From: a virus
Taxonomy: Duplodnaviria > Heunggongvirae > Uroviricota > Caudoviricetes
IMG/VR virus record: IMGVR_UViG_2617271049_000014
Direction: 5' to 3' (one strand)
DNA: 17,875 bases
Positions 1 through 8,931 of this stretch are shown here, in pieces (positions within the stretch are counted from its first letter, which is position 1; every line of letters begins with the position of its first letter). Both the position numbers and the translations under genes were made by a program. The notes below the pieces were generated by a model that saw nothing but the letters and a program-made list of their open reading frames with translations, ran no database searches and was not told the origin of the DNA.

Positions 1-1236
1 CTACGATAACCGCGCATTCAACATGGCTACCTGTTCGTCGTTCATGTCATCAATCCACATACCGTAAATTTCATACACCATCTGCGCAGTTTCATGCCCC
101 ATCTGGCTGGCTATAAACGCCGGGTTCGCTCCTGCCGTCAACAGCCAGCAGGCAAAAGTATGCCGCGTATGGTACGGATTACGGCGGCGAATACCAGCAC
201 GTTTTACTGCTGCATTCCATCTCGCACCCAAACTGCTTACCGAGTAATAAGGTTTCTGTTTTCCGTTACACACTCTGGGCATGAAAACAAAATGCAGTTT
301 TTGCTTTTCGGTTCTGCCGTACTCCCGATGATAAAAAGTGATTTCGCTTTTGCGATGATGCCCGGTCAGTTTGTATTGCTCCTTCAGTGCTTCAAGAGCA
401 GGCTGCAGTAGTGTTACCGTCCGGATCCCCGCATTTGTTTTTGGGGGACCGAACATATCCAGTATCGTCAGGTTTCTTCTGACATTCACAACTCCCTTCT
501 CGAAATCCACATCCTCCCACGCCAGAGCAGCCAGTTCCCCGTGACGAAGCCCGGAGTATACGGCAAATTTCCACAAGTTCTGGCTCTGTCCTTTTTCACT
601 TTCCATTAATGCATTGAATTCTGTTTTAGATAACGGGTCAGGCTTTATTCTGTTTCTCTGTAATTTCTTTACTCCTTCAAATGGTTTGGTTGATATAAAT
701 CCCGACTGATACGCAAAACGTAACAACGAACAGAGCAGGGCGATATAGTTATCAACTGTGCGCACGGTTCTTCCTTTTTTGTTGGATCTTGGATTATCCA
801 GGTAAAGCGTTTCTCCATGCAGCAGTTCATTCCGGTAGTTTAAGATATCGCTATAACGAATATGCGATATCGGAGTACTCTCACAAATTATTATCCTGAG
901 TGTTTTTAATTGTGATTTCGTTTTCTTCATTGTGTTTGTTGTTAACTCTGTTTCTTTAATTTTTGTCCAGATATCACAAAGCTCCCCAAACGTTTTTATG
1001 ACCCTCGTTGTCACCATTTTTGCCCCAGTGCTGGACTAGGGAAAACGTCTTAAATACTCAAACTCACCGGAATTGATTTCATGAACTATCAACGCTCTTA
1101 AATTCCCGGCTTTTTTAATGTTACTGTTAGTAACCTCCCAGCCTTTCAATGTTTCCCGACATCGTTTTCCTCGAAACATGAACCAGATGCGAATGTATTT
1201 ACCTCGAATCTCGACACCTGTTGGTAATTTAGACAT
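1..1236 (-). pseudogene. intR: Tyrosine-recombinase prophage integrase (Rac IntR-type) interrupted by an in-frame TAG at 1036-1038; fragments 1..1017 (338 aa, core and catalytic domains) and 1039..1236 (66 aa, N-terminal arm-binding domain)
   Basis: ORFs 1..1017 and 1036..1236 are in the same minus-strand frame, separated only by codon 1036-1038 (plus cta = TAG on the coding strand). The read-through sequence is ...RRFP*SSTGAKMVTT.... The catalytic region shows tyrosine-recombinase motifs (HTRHTFACWLLTAGANPAFIASQMGHE). The combined span is 412 codons, matching the 411 aa I recall for K-12 IntR. ATG at 1234-1236. Confidence 0.8.
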
Positions 1237-1237
1237 A

Positions 1238-1453
1238 TCATGAGTCTTTGATAAACTGATTTATCTTTGGATAGTTATACCAGATAATCCCTCGCTTACT
1301 GTCTGGCTTCCCTAAAGGAGATACTCGTTTGAAGTGGAAGCCTTCCACCCAACAGTTCTGGCGGTATGCTTCAATTTGTCTGGCCCCCAGACCAGTGCGA
1401 AGCATCAGGCCGTATTCAACCATCCACTCTTCATTAAAGATTACTTGTGCCAT
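1238..1453 (-). CDS. ydaQ: Excisionase-like small protein (YdaQ/XisR-like), 71 aa from the ATG at 1451-1453
   Basis: Small ORF immediately upstream of int on the same strand. The track ORF begins at a TTG (1475-1477); the first ATG gives [10 protein letters not shown]..., 71 aa. Stop at 1238-1240 lies 1 nt from the int start. Confidence 0.6.
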   Translation of the reverse strand: MAQVIFNEEWMVEYGLMLRTGLGARQIEAYRQNCWVEGFHFKRVSPLGKPDSKRGIIWYNYPKINQFIKDS

Positions 1454-1552
1454 CGCATCACCTCTGGCAGGCGCCAATGTTAGACTTAAATTGACGCCCG
1501 ATGTTGATTATTAATAATCAGCTATGAAGTTTTAATTTGAATACAATGCAAT

Positions 1553-1753
1553 TCACGAGGACTGAAGTTTCTCGCAATTAAAATTTATCAGTTTTACTTT
1601 CTGCTCTCTGGAAACGCCTGCTTCTTTTTTACCTGAGAGCATTTTTTCGCATTCTGATTTCGTTAGTTTAGATTTTGAATATCTTGTCCAGTTAGTAGGA
1701 GTGCCACCTTCCTTTTCAATAGTGGCGGTAATTTTATACATGAACACCTCCAT
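1553..1753 (-). CDS. ydaC: YdaC-like small prophage protein (DUF1187-like); start ambiguous (ATG 1751-1753 gives 66 aa, ATG 1811-1813 gives 86 aa)
   Basis: ORF 1553..1813 on the minus strand. The internal ATG at 1751-1753 (MEVFMYKITATIEK...) is preceded by GGAA and clears the ralR reading frame better; the upstream ATG has no RBS. Confidence 0.5.
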   Translation of the reverse strand: MEVFMYKITATIEKEGGTPTNWTRYSKSKLTKSECEKMLSGKKEAGVSREQKVKLINFNCEKLQSS

Positions 1754-1928
1754 TATTATTTCCAGTGGTTCGTTTATTTCATCGTTCGAGTGCTTCTTTT
1801 TCACTTCCACCATAACCGGTTCGGGATTCGCATCCGTTACACTTCGCTCGGTAATATCCTGAAATGGCTTTCACCGTTACTGATGGACAACCACAAAATG
1901 GACATGGTTTAACATTGTCATATCTCAT
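1734..1928 (-). pseudogene. ralR: Restriction-alleviation protein RalR/Lar with a premature TGA at 1779-1781 (codon 50 from the MRYD start); predicted truncated product 49 aa instead of 64 aa
   Basis: Minus-strand translation from ATG 1926-1928 gives MRYDNVKPCPFCGCPSVTVKAISGYYRAKCNGCESRTGYGGSEKEALER, then TGA, then in-frame NKRTTGNNNGGVHV and TAA at 1734-1736. The read-through is exactly 64 codons and matches my recollection of Lar (CPFCGC...CNGC zinc-ribbon-like motif). Below the 60 aa ORF-track cutoff; found by manual translation. Confidence 0.6.
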
Positions 1929-1983
1929 AATTTTTCTCATAAAAATATTTCAAGTTGGCGGTGCATTACACCGCCAGGCTGAA

Positions 1984-2793
1984 TTATTCCTCTGAATTAT
2001 CGATTACACTGTATTCCCCGGTTAATACAGAGGAATCTGCAGGATCGATTGTCAGTGGTTCCTTTTCATCCATTGATACTGCACGCTGGATCTCAATTGA
2101 TACGGGCAGATATTTGAACAGGCGACGAATAGCCGTTTTCTTTGCCATTTCTTCCCAGTGAGTTACCCACGGCCCGTTATTACCAGCTTTACTCTGGCTG
2201 CGCACCAGCTCAATCTGTTTGCGCGTCATAACTTCAAACTGAGTACCTCCGTCTTTCAGTCTTGCGACAGCATAGACGTGGGTAACAGGGGCATCTTCGT
2301 TTTCTCCTGGGCGGTGTATTAACTTTTCATCAAGGCCAAATTCGAAATTAAACTCGTCACCTTCACGGACAACACGGGCTGACAGGCTGGCGATTTGACC
2401 TGAACGGCGAGCCAGATCAATCATGCCGCGATAGCCAATGATTAGCTGAACGTTTTTTTTACCGCTCTTTTCGTTTTTATTACCAAAAGGCAGTAAATAT
2501 GCATGACCGAGGGCGCTACCGGGCTCAAGTCCGAGCTGTGAACACTGTACGATTGCACTGACAAAACTCATAGTGTCACAGTTTCCTAACGCCGGAACTT
2601 TACGAATTTCTGTGGTGGCGATACGGATCATACGTTCAGCCGTCATATGGCGTGGAAGAGCTGCTGCCAGTTGCTCTTTCATTGATGGCTGGTTAATAAA
2701 ACTAATCACGTCGTTATTTTTAATTGCTGCTGGTGCACGGTTTCCCTGAGTTTTTTGCAGATCGGCTTTTGCGATTGGTGGTTGCTTAGTCAT
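1984..2793 (-). CDS. recT: RecT recombinase (single-strand annealing protein), 269 aa
   Basis: Translation from ATG 2791-2793 ([28 protein letters not shown]...) matches RecT as I recall it. RBS AAGGAA upstream. The start overlaps the recE stop (2786-2788) by 8 nt. Confidence 0.9.
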   Translation of the reverse strand: MTKQPPIAKADLQKTQGNRAPAAIKNNDVISFINQPSMKEQLAAALPRHMTAERMIRIATTEIRKVPALGNCDTMSFVSAIVQCSQLGLEPGSALGHAYLLPFGNKNEKSGKKNVQLIIGYRGMIDLARRSGQIASLSARVVREGDEFNFEFGLDEKLIHRPGENEDAPVTHVYAVARLKDGGTQFEVMTRKQIELVRSQSKAGNNGPWVTHWEEMAKKTAIRRLFKYLPVSIEIQRAVSMDEKEPLTIDPADSSVLTGEYSVIDNSEE

Positions 2794-5386
2794 TTGCATA
2801 TTCCTTAGCCCAGCGGGGCAGTGATAACGTCTTAATAGCTGGCCATTCATCGGTATTGAGGCAGTCAGCCAGGGTTCGCAGATTGCGGTGATATTCCAGC
2901 TGACCTGCCAGTTTTGCTTCTTCGCCCATCATGAAAATTTCAACCGGATAACGTCCGCATTCAATAGTTGTGCTGGCAACCAGAAAAACGAAAGTTGGCT
3001 GCACTCCAAACTGTGCTTCATAACCGTCACTGTAGAATGCATCCTGAACGTGATAGCGGTAGTCGTAATAAGCGGTTTTGAATCGTTGAATATCCGCCGT
3101 AGTTTTCACGTCCATGATCCAGTGAAATTCAGGGATAATTTTGTCCGGACGGCACCGACACAAAATTGCTGTTTCAGGATCTTCCCAGTAAATTGATGAT
3201 TCAGCGTGTCCGGCGCTTTCAACAAGCCATTGCCCCAGCGGCAAAGCCATAACGCTCTGATACATGAGTTCAATTTTCCGGCCTTCTTCGGCAGTGATAA
3301 CCGTTTTTCCTGTGCTTGCGCATTCCCTCAGAAACGCTTTCTCTTCTTCTTTTCCGGAGTTTGTCCGGCGGTTAAATTCAGGTGCTACGATAAAGCGGTT
3401 ACTGAATTCTTCCGGCTCAAGTACCCGGCAGTGGAAAGCGGTTCCTAAATCGAGCGTTTTTGTCTTTGTGGTGTCCACGGGGGCATTTTTACGCCACAAA
3501 TACAGTGCCGGAGTATCAGCAATGTCATCGAGCTGAGACTTACTGACACCGGGACCCGCGTGGTAATTCTCATTCGAAATTCCGTAATAAATACCTGGCT
3601 CTATGTCTTCTACGATTACGGGATCTGCGACTTCGCCAGTTTCATCACTGCAATCGCGATGCGGATCGCTGCCAGCATTCTCATTGTGCGGATGTTCAGC
3701 GCCTTCCATTTCCTCCGGATCATTTTCCTTAGCTTCAACCTGACTCTCTTCATCGAATGTTTCCTGGTATGTTGCGTCGCCCATCACCGCACCACAGTCA
3801 GGGCAGTTATCCCCGCCAGTCTGGCCGCAGGCATTGCAGGCTATTTCCGGTTCCTGTTGCACTACTGGCTCAGGTTGATTCATATCCGGGCTGGTTTTTT
3901 CCGTTTCTGGCTGGTTCTGGTACACACAATCGCGAGTCTGGATCCCCTTTACCCATTTCGGATCGTTCGGGTCGCTAATTCCGTCAACAAATTCACCACG
4001 TGATGCAGCAAGCAATTTATCGGCATCGACAGGATTTTTTGATGGAATGTTTTTCCGGGCTTCATGGAGTTCTGCCCGCAGTTCCTGATATTTCGCATCA
4101 ACAGAATTTACCTGTGACTGAGCATCCAGCGGCTGCGTGTCCTGATGATGTTCAGTTGCGTCCGGTTCCATTGTTTCAGCCTCTCCCTGTTCAACTGCCG
4201 TTGTTCCAGATGGTTGCGGTTTTTCTTCATCATCCTGTTTTCCTTCTTCTGTTACTCGCTGCGGCATCGGGGCAGAGGAGCGACCGCAGGCAATATCCAC
4301 GATTTCCGGATCAGGGTTGGCATGATCGGTTTCAGTCAGTACTTTGTTCAGATATTCAGTGACGTGCGCGGGGATGACCTCGATCCCAATTGGTGCTTCT
4401 TTTACGGACGCAACCACGATGGCGCGGGAATAATCCAGCCCGCCAGGCATGGTGATGAATTTGTCGCGGAAAACAGAAAAGGGCGGTTTATTTTCAGCGA
4501 TAATTTCCTCAATGCGTTTAGCGTGTGCCGGATGAAGGTTATAGATGTCCAGATCCATTGAACGGGCCAGTACGCCAGTGGCTACGTCCCGCGCCAGTGA
4601 CGTCAGATCGTGTACGAAACCTTCGCCGCGATCGGTGAGGTTTCCGCCGCCAGCATTAGCACCGGAAGCCGTGCGAGTGATGTGTGAAACACGATTACCC
4701 TTCATCCACTCTTTTGTCAGCAGTCCTCGATCGGTGTAGTCAGCGTTCAGGTATGCTTCGAAAAAAGCAGTTATCAGTCCCAGGTTTGAATTACCAGGAT
4801 TAGGGAAAACTTTGTCAGTGTCACGAACCAGTTTGTGGAGTTCGCGAATTTCCAGCGGGTCGAGCAGGCTGGTTTTGTGGGAAACAGCCAGGGCAGTAAC
4901 AGCCGGTAGTTCTTCAGCCCGAGCAATGTGTAATGCCTGGAGTCCGTCGCGTGAAACGTGCGTTACCGGTTTTTCGCTGCCGTGTTGAGCAAGCCAACGA
5001 ATGGGCAGTTCCTGGCCAGAAATTGGGAGTAGCATATTCTCCTCAATCTCAGTCATGTCTTCGCCGTTGACGTTGGTATTGCCTTGATAGTGAGCGTTGT
5101 CTGGTGCTGCTCCCGGTTTTAGTTCCCATGTCATGGAGTCTTTGCTGAGTTGATAGCGTTCACTCCAGGTAAAATCGATCTCACCTTCAGCGGGCAGGTC
5201 ATTAACGACAGGAAAATTCGTGGCAACAGCTTTAAAATAGCTGCTCAGTTTTTTACCTGACTTAACGATCAGGTAGTCCAGAGTGGCACAGGTCGATTCA
5301 AAATCGTTGCTTGCCCACAGGACGACGTCAGGTTCACCGGATGATTTTTTCGCTTTCCGTAACAGGAAGAGTGGTTTTGTGCTCAT
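2786..5386 (-). CDS. recE: Exodeoxyribonuclease VIII (RecE), 866 aa
   Basis: 866 aa ORF from ATG 5384-5386. Acidic, low-complexity N-terminal half and C-terminal nuclease domain; length and sequence consistent with Rac RecE. Coupled to recT. Confidence 0.9.
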   Translation of the reverse strand: MSTKPLFLLRKAKKSSGEPDVVLWASNDFESTCATLDYLIVKSGKKLSSYFKAVATNFPVVNDLPAEGEIDFTWSERYQLSKDSMTWELKPGAAPDNAHYQGNTNVNGEDMTEIEENMLLPISGQELPIRWLAQHGSEKPVTHVSRDGLQALHIARAEELPAVTALAVSHKTSLLDPLEIRELHKLVRDTDKVFPNPGNSNLGLITAFFEAYLNADYTDRGLLTKEWMKGNRVSHITRTASGANAGGGNLTDRGEGFVHDLTSLARDVATGVLARSMDLDIYNLHPAHAKRIEEIIAENKPPFSVFRDKFITMPGGLDYSRAIVVASVKEAPIGIEVIPAHVTEYLNKVLTETDHANPDPEIVDIACGRSSAPMPQRVTEEGKQDDEEKPQPSGTTAVEQGEAETMEPDATEHHQDTQPLDAQSQVNSVDAKYQELRAELHEARKNIPSKNPVDADKLLAASRGEFVDGISDPNDPKWVKGIQTRDCVYQNQPETEKTSPDMNQPEPVVQQEPEIACNACGQTGGDNCPDCGAVMGDATYQETFDEESQVEAKENDPEEMEGAEHPHNENAGSDPHRDCSDETGEVADPVIVEDIEPGIYYGISNENYHAGPGVSKSQLDDIADTPALYLWRKNAPVDTTKTKTLDLGTAFHCRVLEPEEFSNRFIVAPEFNRRTNSGKEEEKAFLRECASTGKTVITAEEGRKIELMYQSVMALPLGQWLVESAGHAESSIYWEDPETAILCRCRPDKIIPEFHWIMDVKTTADIQRFKTAYYDYRYHVQDAFYSDGYEAQFGVQPTFVFLVASTTIECGRYPVEIFMMGEEAKLAGQLEYHRNLRTLADCLNTDEWPAIKTLSLPRWAKEYAND

Positions 5387-5457
5387 TGTTTTTTAACCTC
5401 AACTCAGATTAAAATTCGTTTTGTTCAGTGAATGATCTTGCCGGATACACACTGTTC

Positions 5458-5482
5458 ATAGCCTGCGCCATACGCAGGCTAT
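5458..5482. other. Perfect inverted repeat (10 bp stem ATAGCCTGCG / CGCAGGCTAT, 5 nt loop) in the racC-recE intergenic region
   Basis: Read directly: atagcctgcg-ccata-cgcaggctat at 5458-5482, about 5 nt downstream of the racC stop (5488-5490) and about 75 nt upstream of the recE start. The minus-strand RNA has no U-tract after the stem. Confidence 0.5.
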
Positions 5483-5487
5483 TTCTT

Positions 5488-5763
5488 TCAGATTTCACCT
5501 TTTAATTTCATTGCAATTAGAGTTGCCAGAAATTCGGCTTTTTTTTCTGCGGGCAGATTCTTTCCGATATGCACCAGGCACATTTTTTTGACACCTTCAT
5601 CAAGTGTTTTTACGTTGCCTGATGGACCATCGATATCAACCACAGTGAATGGGGTTTCTTTATTTTCTGTTTTAATTACGTAGCCAATGCGCTTTCCTTC
5701 CAGATTCACCTCGTGAACAATGTCATCGGTAGTTACAACAGTGGCTTCATAATTGGTAATCAT
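5488..5763 (-). CDS. racC: RacC, small prophage protein, 91 aa
   Basis: ATG at 5761-5763 preceded by a strong RBS (AAGGAGAAAAAC-ATG). Product MITNYEATVVTTDDIVHEVNLEGKRIGYVIK.... The track ORF extends to an upstream ATG at 5811 that lacks an RBS. Confidence 0.8.
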   Translation of the reverse strand: MITNYEATVVTTDDIVHEVNLEGKRIGYVIKTENKETPFTVVDIDGPSGNVKTLDEGVKKMCLVHIGKNLPAEKKAEFLATLIAMKLKGEI

Positions 5764-5837
5764 GTTTTTCTCCTTAATTAAGGTTGAGCGAATACCTGCC
5801 ATTTCTGGCATAAATTCAGTTTCGAATAGTCAATTAA

Positions 5838-6008
5838 TTAAAGTTCATGTGCCATCTGGTCTTTTTCGGCACAAGCTTCACTGCAATATTTTCTCGGTTC
5901 GTCTTTTGATAAAATCCCGTGCATGAAGTGAAGCATTCTTTCAATAGCTTTGCTTTCTTCAACGTCTTTTTTGCAAAGGTGGTAAGCACATTTTATTTTC
6001 TTAGTCAT
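5838..6008 (-). CDS. ydaE: YdaE-like small Cys-rich (zinc-binding type) protein, 56 aa
   Basis: Manual translation from ATG 6006-6008: [56 protein letters not shown], stop TAA at 5838-5840. The start overlaps the kilR stop (ATGA). Below the ORF-track size cutoff. Confidence 0.7.
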   Translation of the reverse strand: MTKKIKCAYHLCKKDVEESKAIERMLHFMHGILSKDEPRKYCSEACAEKDQMAHEL

Positions 6009-6229
6009 CACCATGACTCCGCCTTTACAGGTAAACCATCACGACCGAGGAAGACTTTAATCATGCGGTCAGTAATGCATGTTTTTGTGGTCAGGTTACG
6101 AATATATAGTTTTCGCTTTTTAATATTGTTTGCCGAGGCAATATATGTCCGGCCTTCATGAAGAACATAATCGCCAGGAGTCACACACTGACGTGGTATT
6201 TCATCAGTTCCGAAGTGATGTGCAATCAT
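6008..6229 (-). CDS. kilR: KilR, FtsZ-targeting cell-division inhibitor of Rac, 73 aa
   Basis: ATG 6227-6229 with GGAG RBS. Product [46 protein letters not shown]... matches KilR as I recall it. The track ORF starts 4 codons further upstream. Confidence 0.8.
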   Translation of the reverse strand: MIAHHFGTDEIPRQCVTPGDYVLHEGRTYIASANNIKKRKLYIRNLTTKTCITDRMIKVFLGRDGLPVKAESW

Positions 6230-6670
6230 AATTATCTCCATTTTTACAAATGAACTTTGTTGATGCGGTGCCTGGTGCCTCCAGGTGACTGCAACCAGTT
6301 AACAATTACAGTCGGCTTTCCCACCCAAACCAATAAGGACTAACATGACTTTTAACTGTGCCACGTGCGCTTAGCCGCATTCACCGCATCACAAAATTCA
6401 CTTTAAAAAGGGCGGACATCAGCCGAACTTCAAGAAAAAAACTGATGCCGCCAGGACTACACACAGCAATGTCGTTATTTACAACCGGAGGCGCACTCCC
6501 ACCATTTAAATTTAACAGACAAGACCGACTCTTTATGGATATCGGAAATGCGCCTTCGTGTTGTGCCCGGTTTTATTTCACCACCTCCGGGCTTCGGTGG
6601 TCTCGGCTATACCCCTACAGCGAGAGCTTGTGTTAACATTTCAATACCCTTACAGTTGAGAGTTATTGAT

Positions 6671-7159
6671 ATGTTGGATGTATTTACTCCATTGTTGAAA
6701 CTTTTTGCTAACGAGCCACTCGAAATACTTATGTATACGATTATCATTTTTGGTCTCACTCTCTGGCTGATACCGAAAGAGTTTACTGTCGCATTCAATG
6801 CTTATACTGAAATACCTTGGCTCTTTCAGATTATCGTTTTTGCCTTTTCTTTCGTGGTCGCCATTTCCTTCTCAAGATTGCGAGCACATATTCAAAAGCA
6901 TTATTCATTACTACCAGAGCAACGAGTATTGCTTCGTTTATCTGAGAAAGAAATCGCTGTATTTAAAGATTTCCTTAAAACAGGAAATCTTATTATCACT
7001 TCTCCTTGCCGTAACCCGGTTATGAAAAAATTAGAACGGAAGGGCATCATTCAACATCAGAGTGATAGCGCAAACTGTTCTTATTATCTCGTCACCGAAA
7101 AATACTCCCATTTTATGAAGTTATTCTGGAACAGCAGGAGTAGACGTTTTAATCGTTAG
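6671..7159 (+). CDS. sieB: Superinfection-exclusion protein SieB (membrane protein), 162 aa
   Basis: ATG 6671 (MLDVFTPLLKLFANEPLEILMYTIIIFGLTLWLIPKEF...) with two hydrophobic segments and SieB-like length. The track ORF start at 6548 is an unsupported upstream extension. Confidence 0.8.
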   Translation: MLDVFTPLLKLFANEPLEILMYTIIIFGLTLWLIPKEFTVAFNAYTEIPWLFQIIVFAFSFVVAISFSRLRAHIQKHYSLLPEQRVLLRLSEKEIAVFKDFLKTGNLIITSPCRNPVMKKLERKGIIQHQSDSANCSYYLVTEKYSHFMKLFWNSRSRRFNR

Positions 7160-7311
7160 CTTACTGTGTGCTTCTCCAACCATCGGCGCGCACCAGTTTC
7201 GGTTTTAAATGTTTTGCTTTTGGTATACGTCATGGCAGTGAACGTTCCATCCTGGTTGGGGAACACGCCGCACACCAGGGATTCGTTGTTGCCGAGGTCG
7301 ATTTTTTGCAT
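7156..7311 (-). CDS. ydaF: YdaF-like small prophage protein, 51 aa
   Basis: Manual translation from ATG 7309-7311: MQKIDLGNNESLVCGVFPNQDGTFTAMTYTKSKTFKTETGARRWLEKHTVS, stop TAA at 7156-7158. Convergent 4-nt overlap with the sieB stop. The 51 aa length matches what I recall for K-12 ydaF. Below the ORF-track cutoff. Confidence 0.55.
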   Translation of the reverse strand: MQKIDLGNNESLVCGVFPNQDGTFTAMTYTKSKTFKTETGARRWLEKHTVS

Positions 7312-7321
7312 TTTGCGAATC

Positions 7322-7456
7322 TCACATCTTGTTGCTGTGTATAGCGACTTCTGCCTGCCAGAGATCCCAGTCGTTGCTGCGTAAAGCCTGCACAGCCTGG
7401 TTGTAAGTGATACCGCAACAATCCATCAAATACTGAACTACTTCGTAATGCACCAT
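7322..7456 (-). CDS. ydaG: YdaG-like small prophage protein, 44 aa
   Basis: ATG 7454-7456 preceded by GGGGAGAGATAAG. Product MVHYEVVQYLMDCCGITYNQAVQALRSNDWDLWQAEVAIHSNKM. The track ORF begins at an upstream GTG. First gene downstream of the putative leftward promoter. Confidence 0.6.
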   Translation of the reverse strand: MVHYEVVQYLMDCCGITYNQAVQALRSNDWDLWQAEVAIHSNKM

Positions 7457-7624
7457 CTTATCTCTCCCCTTAACGCCGGGTGGCGGAACTGAAACCTGCT
7501 GCACTGCAAAATCTGAACCCTGCCGTCATGTTCATACGCCTCGGGCTGGCTACTTAACCCCTGACCACTGCCTGGTAACTCGAAGTATTGCCCTGCGTTC
7601 TGTGGGGCGGGGTGGGTTGGTAGG

Positions 7625-7680
7625 TATATAATGTACTTTGTGTTCATTGATGTAAAGTACTTTAAGTACATTTTGTGTGT
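7625..7680 (-). promoter_or_regulatory. Putative leftward early promoter (pL-like) with overlapping operator repeats (oL-like)
   Basis: On the minus strand: -35 TTTACA (plus 7651-7656), 17-nt spacer, -10 CATTAT (plus 7628-7633). ATGTACTT at 7631-7638, the 10-bp palindrome AAAGTACTTT at 7655-7664 and AAGTACAT at 7665-7672 overlap the -35 and -10 elements. Confidence 0.45.
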
Positions 7681-7746
7681 AAAAAAATGAGATGGGATAA
7701 AGTGAAGCACAAACCCGGAGGGGGACGCTACCGGATTTATGCTGGT

Positions 7747-8166
7747 TTAAGAGGCTTTTTGTTTTTTCTTTCGTGCTAGCTCTTCGTAAATTGCATTGTA
7801 CTTCTGTTTTTTCTCCTCAAGAGTTTTTAAAAGTTCATCTGTCTCACTGTCAGGGAGCTCGTCCAGAAGGTCAATGATGATTTTTTGTCTTGGATTTAAC
7901 TCCTGATAGAAACGTACCTGTCCACTTTCTTCTGTATCCTCTCCCAAAAGATAGGTTGGTGTTGTTCCAATGAGTGTTGCTAATTCCCTTAATTTCTCTC
8001 GGCGAGGAATTGTTTCGCCATTAAACCATTTGCTAACCGCTTTTGGTGTTAATTTCATTCGACGGGCAATTTCTGCCTGCCTTCCATGTTGTTCATAACC
8101 AGCGTTTTCACAGGCTAGCGCAAGCCTACTGGCGAACTCTTTACGCGCTTTATCTTCATGAACCAT
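7747..8166 (-). CDS. racR: Prophage repressor (RacR-like), N-terminal HTH, no LexA-like peptidase domain, 139 aa
   Basis: ATG 8164-8166. HTH-like segment QAEIARRMKLTPKAVSKWFNG. Divergent from the Cro-like gene across an ~80 bp operator region. The C-terminus is charged and coiled-coil-like (ELARKKKQKAS). Confidence 0.7.
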   Translation of the reverse strand: MVHEDKARKEFASRLALACENAGYEQHGRQAEIARRMKLTPKAVSKWFNGETIPRREKLRELATLIGTTPTYLLGEDTEESGQVRFYQELNPRQKIIIDLLDELPDSETDELLKTLEEKKQKYNAIYEELARKKKQKAS

Positions 8167-8245
8167 AAGTTCAATGATATTCGCTCTTGAATGTACTGTC
8201 AGTTCTGTTATAGCATGTACTCAAAGTTCACATTGTGAGGGTGAT
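8167..8245. promoter_or_regulatory. Divergent promoter/operator region (oR-like) between the repressor and the Cro-like gene
   Basis: Rightward -35 TTGAAT (8187-8192) and -10 TATAGC (8209-8214), spacer 16. ATGTACT occurs at 8191-8197 and 8215-8221, overlapping those elements; the same heptamer recurs in the oL-like region. Confidence 0.5.
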
Positions 8246-8500
8246 ATGAACCAGAAAACACTTGAAGATGTAATCAAAACTGTTCGCGTTTCTGTTGTGG
8301 CCGACGTTTGTGGTGTCAGCCAAAGAGCAATCTACAAATGGATGGATAACGGAAAATTGCCTCGCACAGAATATACCGGCGAAACAAATTACGCTGAAAA
8401 AATCGCTCATGCATCAAACGGATTATTTTCTGCTGATGTAATTTTAACTATTGGCAGAAATAAAACTACTACGAAAAAGCTGATGGGAGTTGATTCATGA
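8246..8500 (+). CDS. ydaS: Cro/XRE-like small HTH protein (YdaS-like), 84 aa from the ATG at 8246
   Basis: ATG 8246 preceded by GAGGGTGAT. HTH-like VSQRAIYKWMDNGKLP. The track start at 8174 lies only 8 nt from the racR start, leaving no room for a promoter. Stop overlaps the ydaT start (ATGA). Confidence 0.65.
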   Translation: MNQKTLEDVIKTVRVSVVADVCGVSQRAIYKWMDNGKLPRTEYTGETNYAEKIAHASNGLFSADVILTIGRNKTTTKKLMGVDS

Positions 8501-8919
8501 AAATCAAGCATGAGCACATCGAGTCAGTGTTGTTAGCCCTGGCAGCCGAAAAAGGGCAGGCATGGGTAGCCAATGCCATTACTGAAGAATATCTGCGCCA
8601 GGGGGGCGGCGAATTGCCCCTGGTACCAGGCAAGGACTGGAATAATCAGCAGAATATCTATCACCGTTGGTTGAAAGGTGAAACGAAAACGCAAAGAGAA
8701 AAAATTCAGAAGCTGATCCCAGCAATTCTGGCAATCCTTCCGCGCGAGCTGCGTCACCGACTCTGCATCTTCGATACCCTGGAACGCCGTGCATTACTGG
8801 CGGCGCAGGAAGCGTTAAGTACGGCAATTGATGCGCATGATGATGCAGTCCAAGCCGTTTACCGGAAAGCGCATTTCAGCGGCGGCGGGTCTTCCGACGA
8901 TTCTGTCATTGTTCATTAA
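8497..8919 (+). CDS. ydaT: YdaT-like prophage protein, 140 aa
   Basis: ATG 8497 coupled to ydaS. Product MKIKHEHIESVLLALAAEKGQAWVANAITEEYLRQGG...; length matches the 140 aa I recall for Rac YdaT. Confidence 0.75.
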   Translation: MKIKHEHIESVLLALAAEKGQAWVANAITEEYLRQGGGELPLVPGKDWNNQQNIYHRWLKGETKTQREKIQKLIPAILAILPRELRHRLCIFDTLERRALLAAQEALSTAIDAHDDAVQAVYRKAHFSGGGSSDDSVIVH

Positions 8920-8931
8920 GCAAAAGTTTCC

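Noticed and set aside
94-1514. Plus-strand and minus-strand ORFs overlapping int and ydaQ (94..411, 392..574, 1329..1514)
   Set aside because: Shadow ORFs inside or antisense to the integrase and excisionase-like genes.
2888-4739. Several plus-strand ORFs of 64-147 aa inside recE
   Set aside because: Antisense shadow ORFs within a confidently identified 866-aa gene. They are low-complexity, lack RBSs and overlap one another.
6358-6670. 92-aa plus ORF and the 41-codon upstream extension of sieB
   Set aside because: No RBS, and it lies within the kilR/sieB divergent intergenic region. The sieB product matches the expected length only from the ATG at 6671.
7438-7710. 90-aa minus-strand ORF (GTG start) between ydaG and the repressor gene
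   Set aside because: It overlaps the predicted pL/oL promoter-operator repeats and the ydaG start, has no ATG with an RBS, and most likely lies in the 5' leader of the leftward transcript. A 21-codon leader ORF at roughly 7500-7565 is possible but unsupported.
8181-8189. boxA-like CGCTCTTGA resembling a lambda nut-site boxA
   Set aside because: It lies upstream of the predicted rightward promoter rather than in a transcript, with no adjacent boxB hairpin; probably coincidental.
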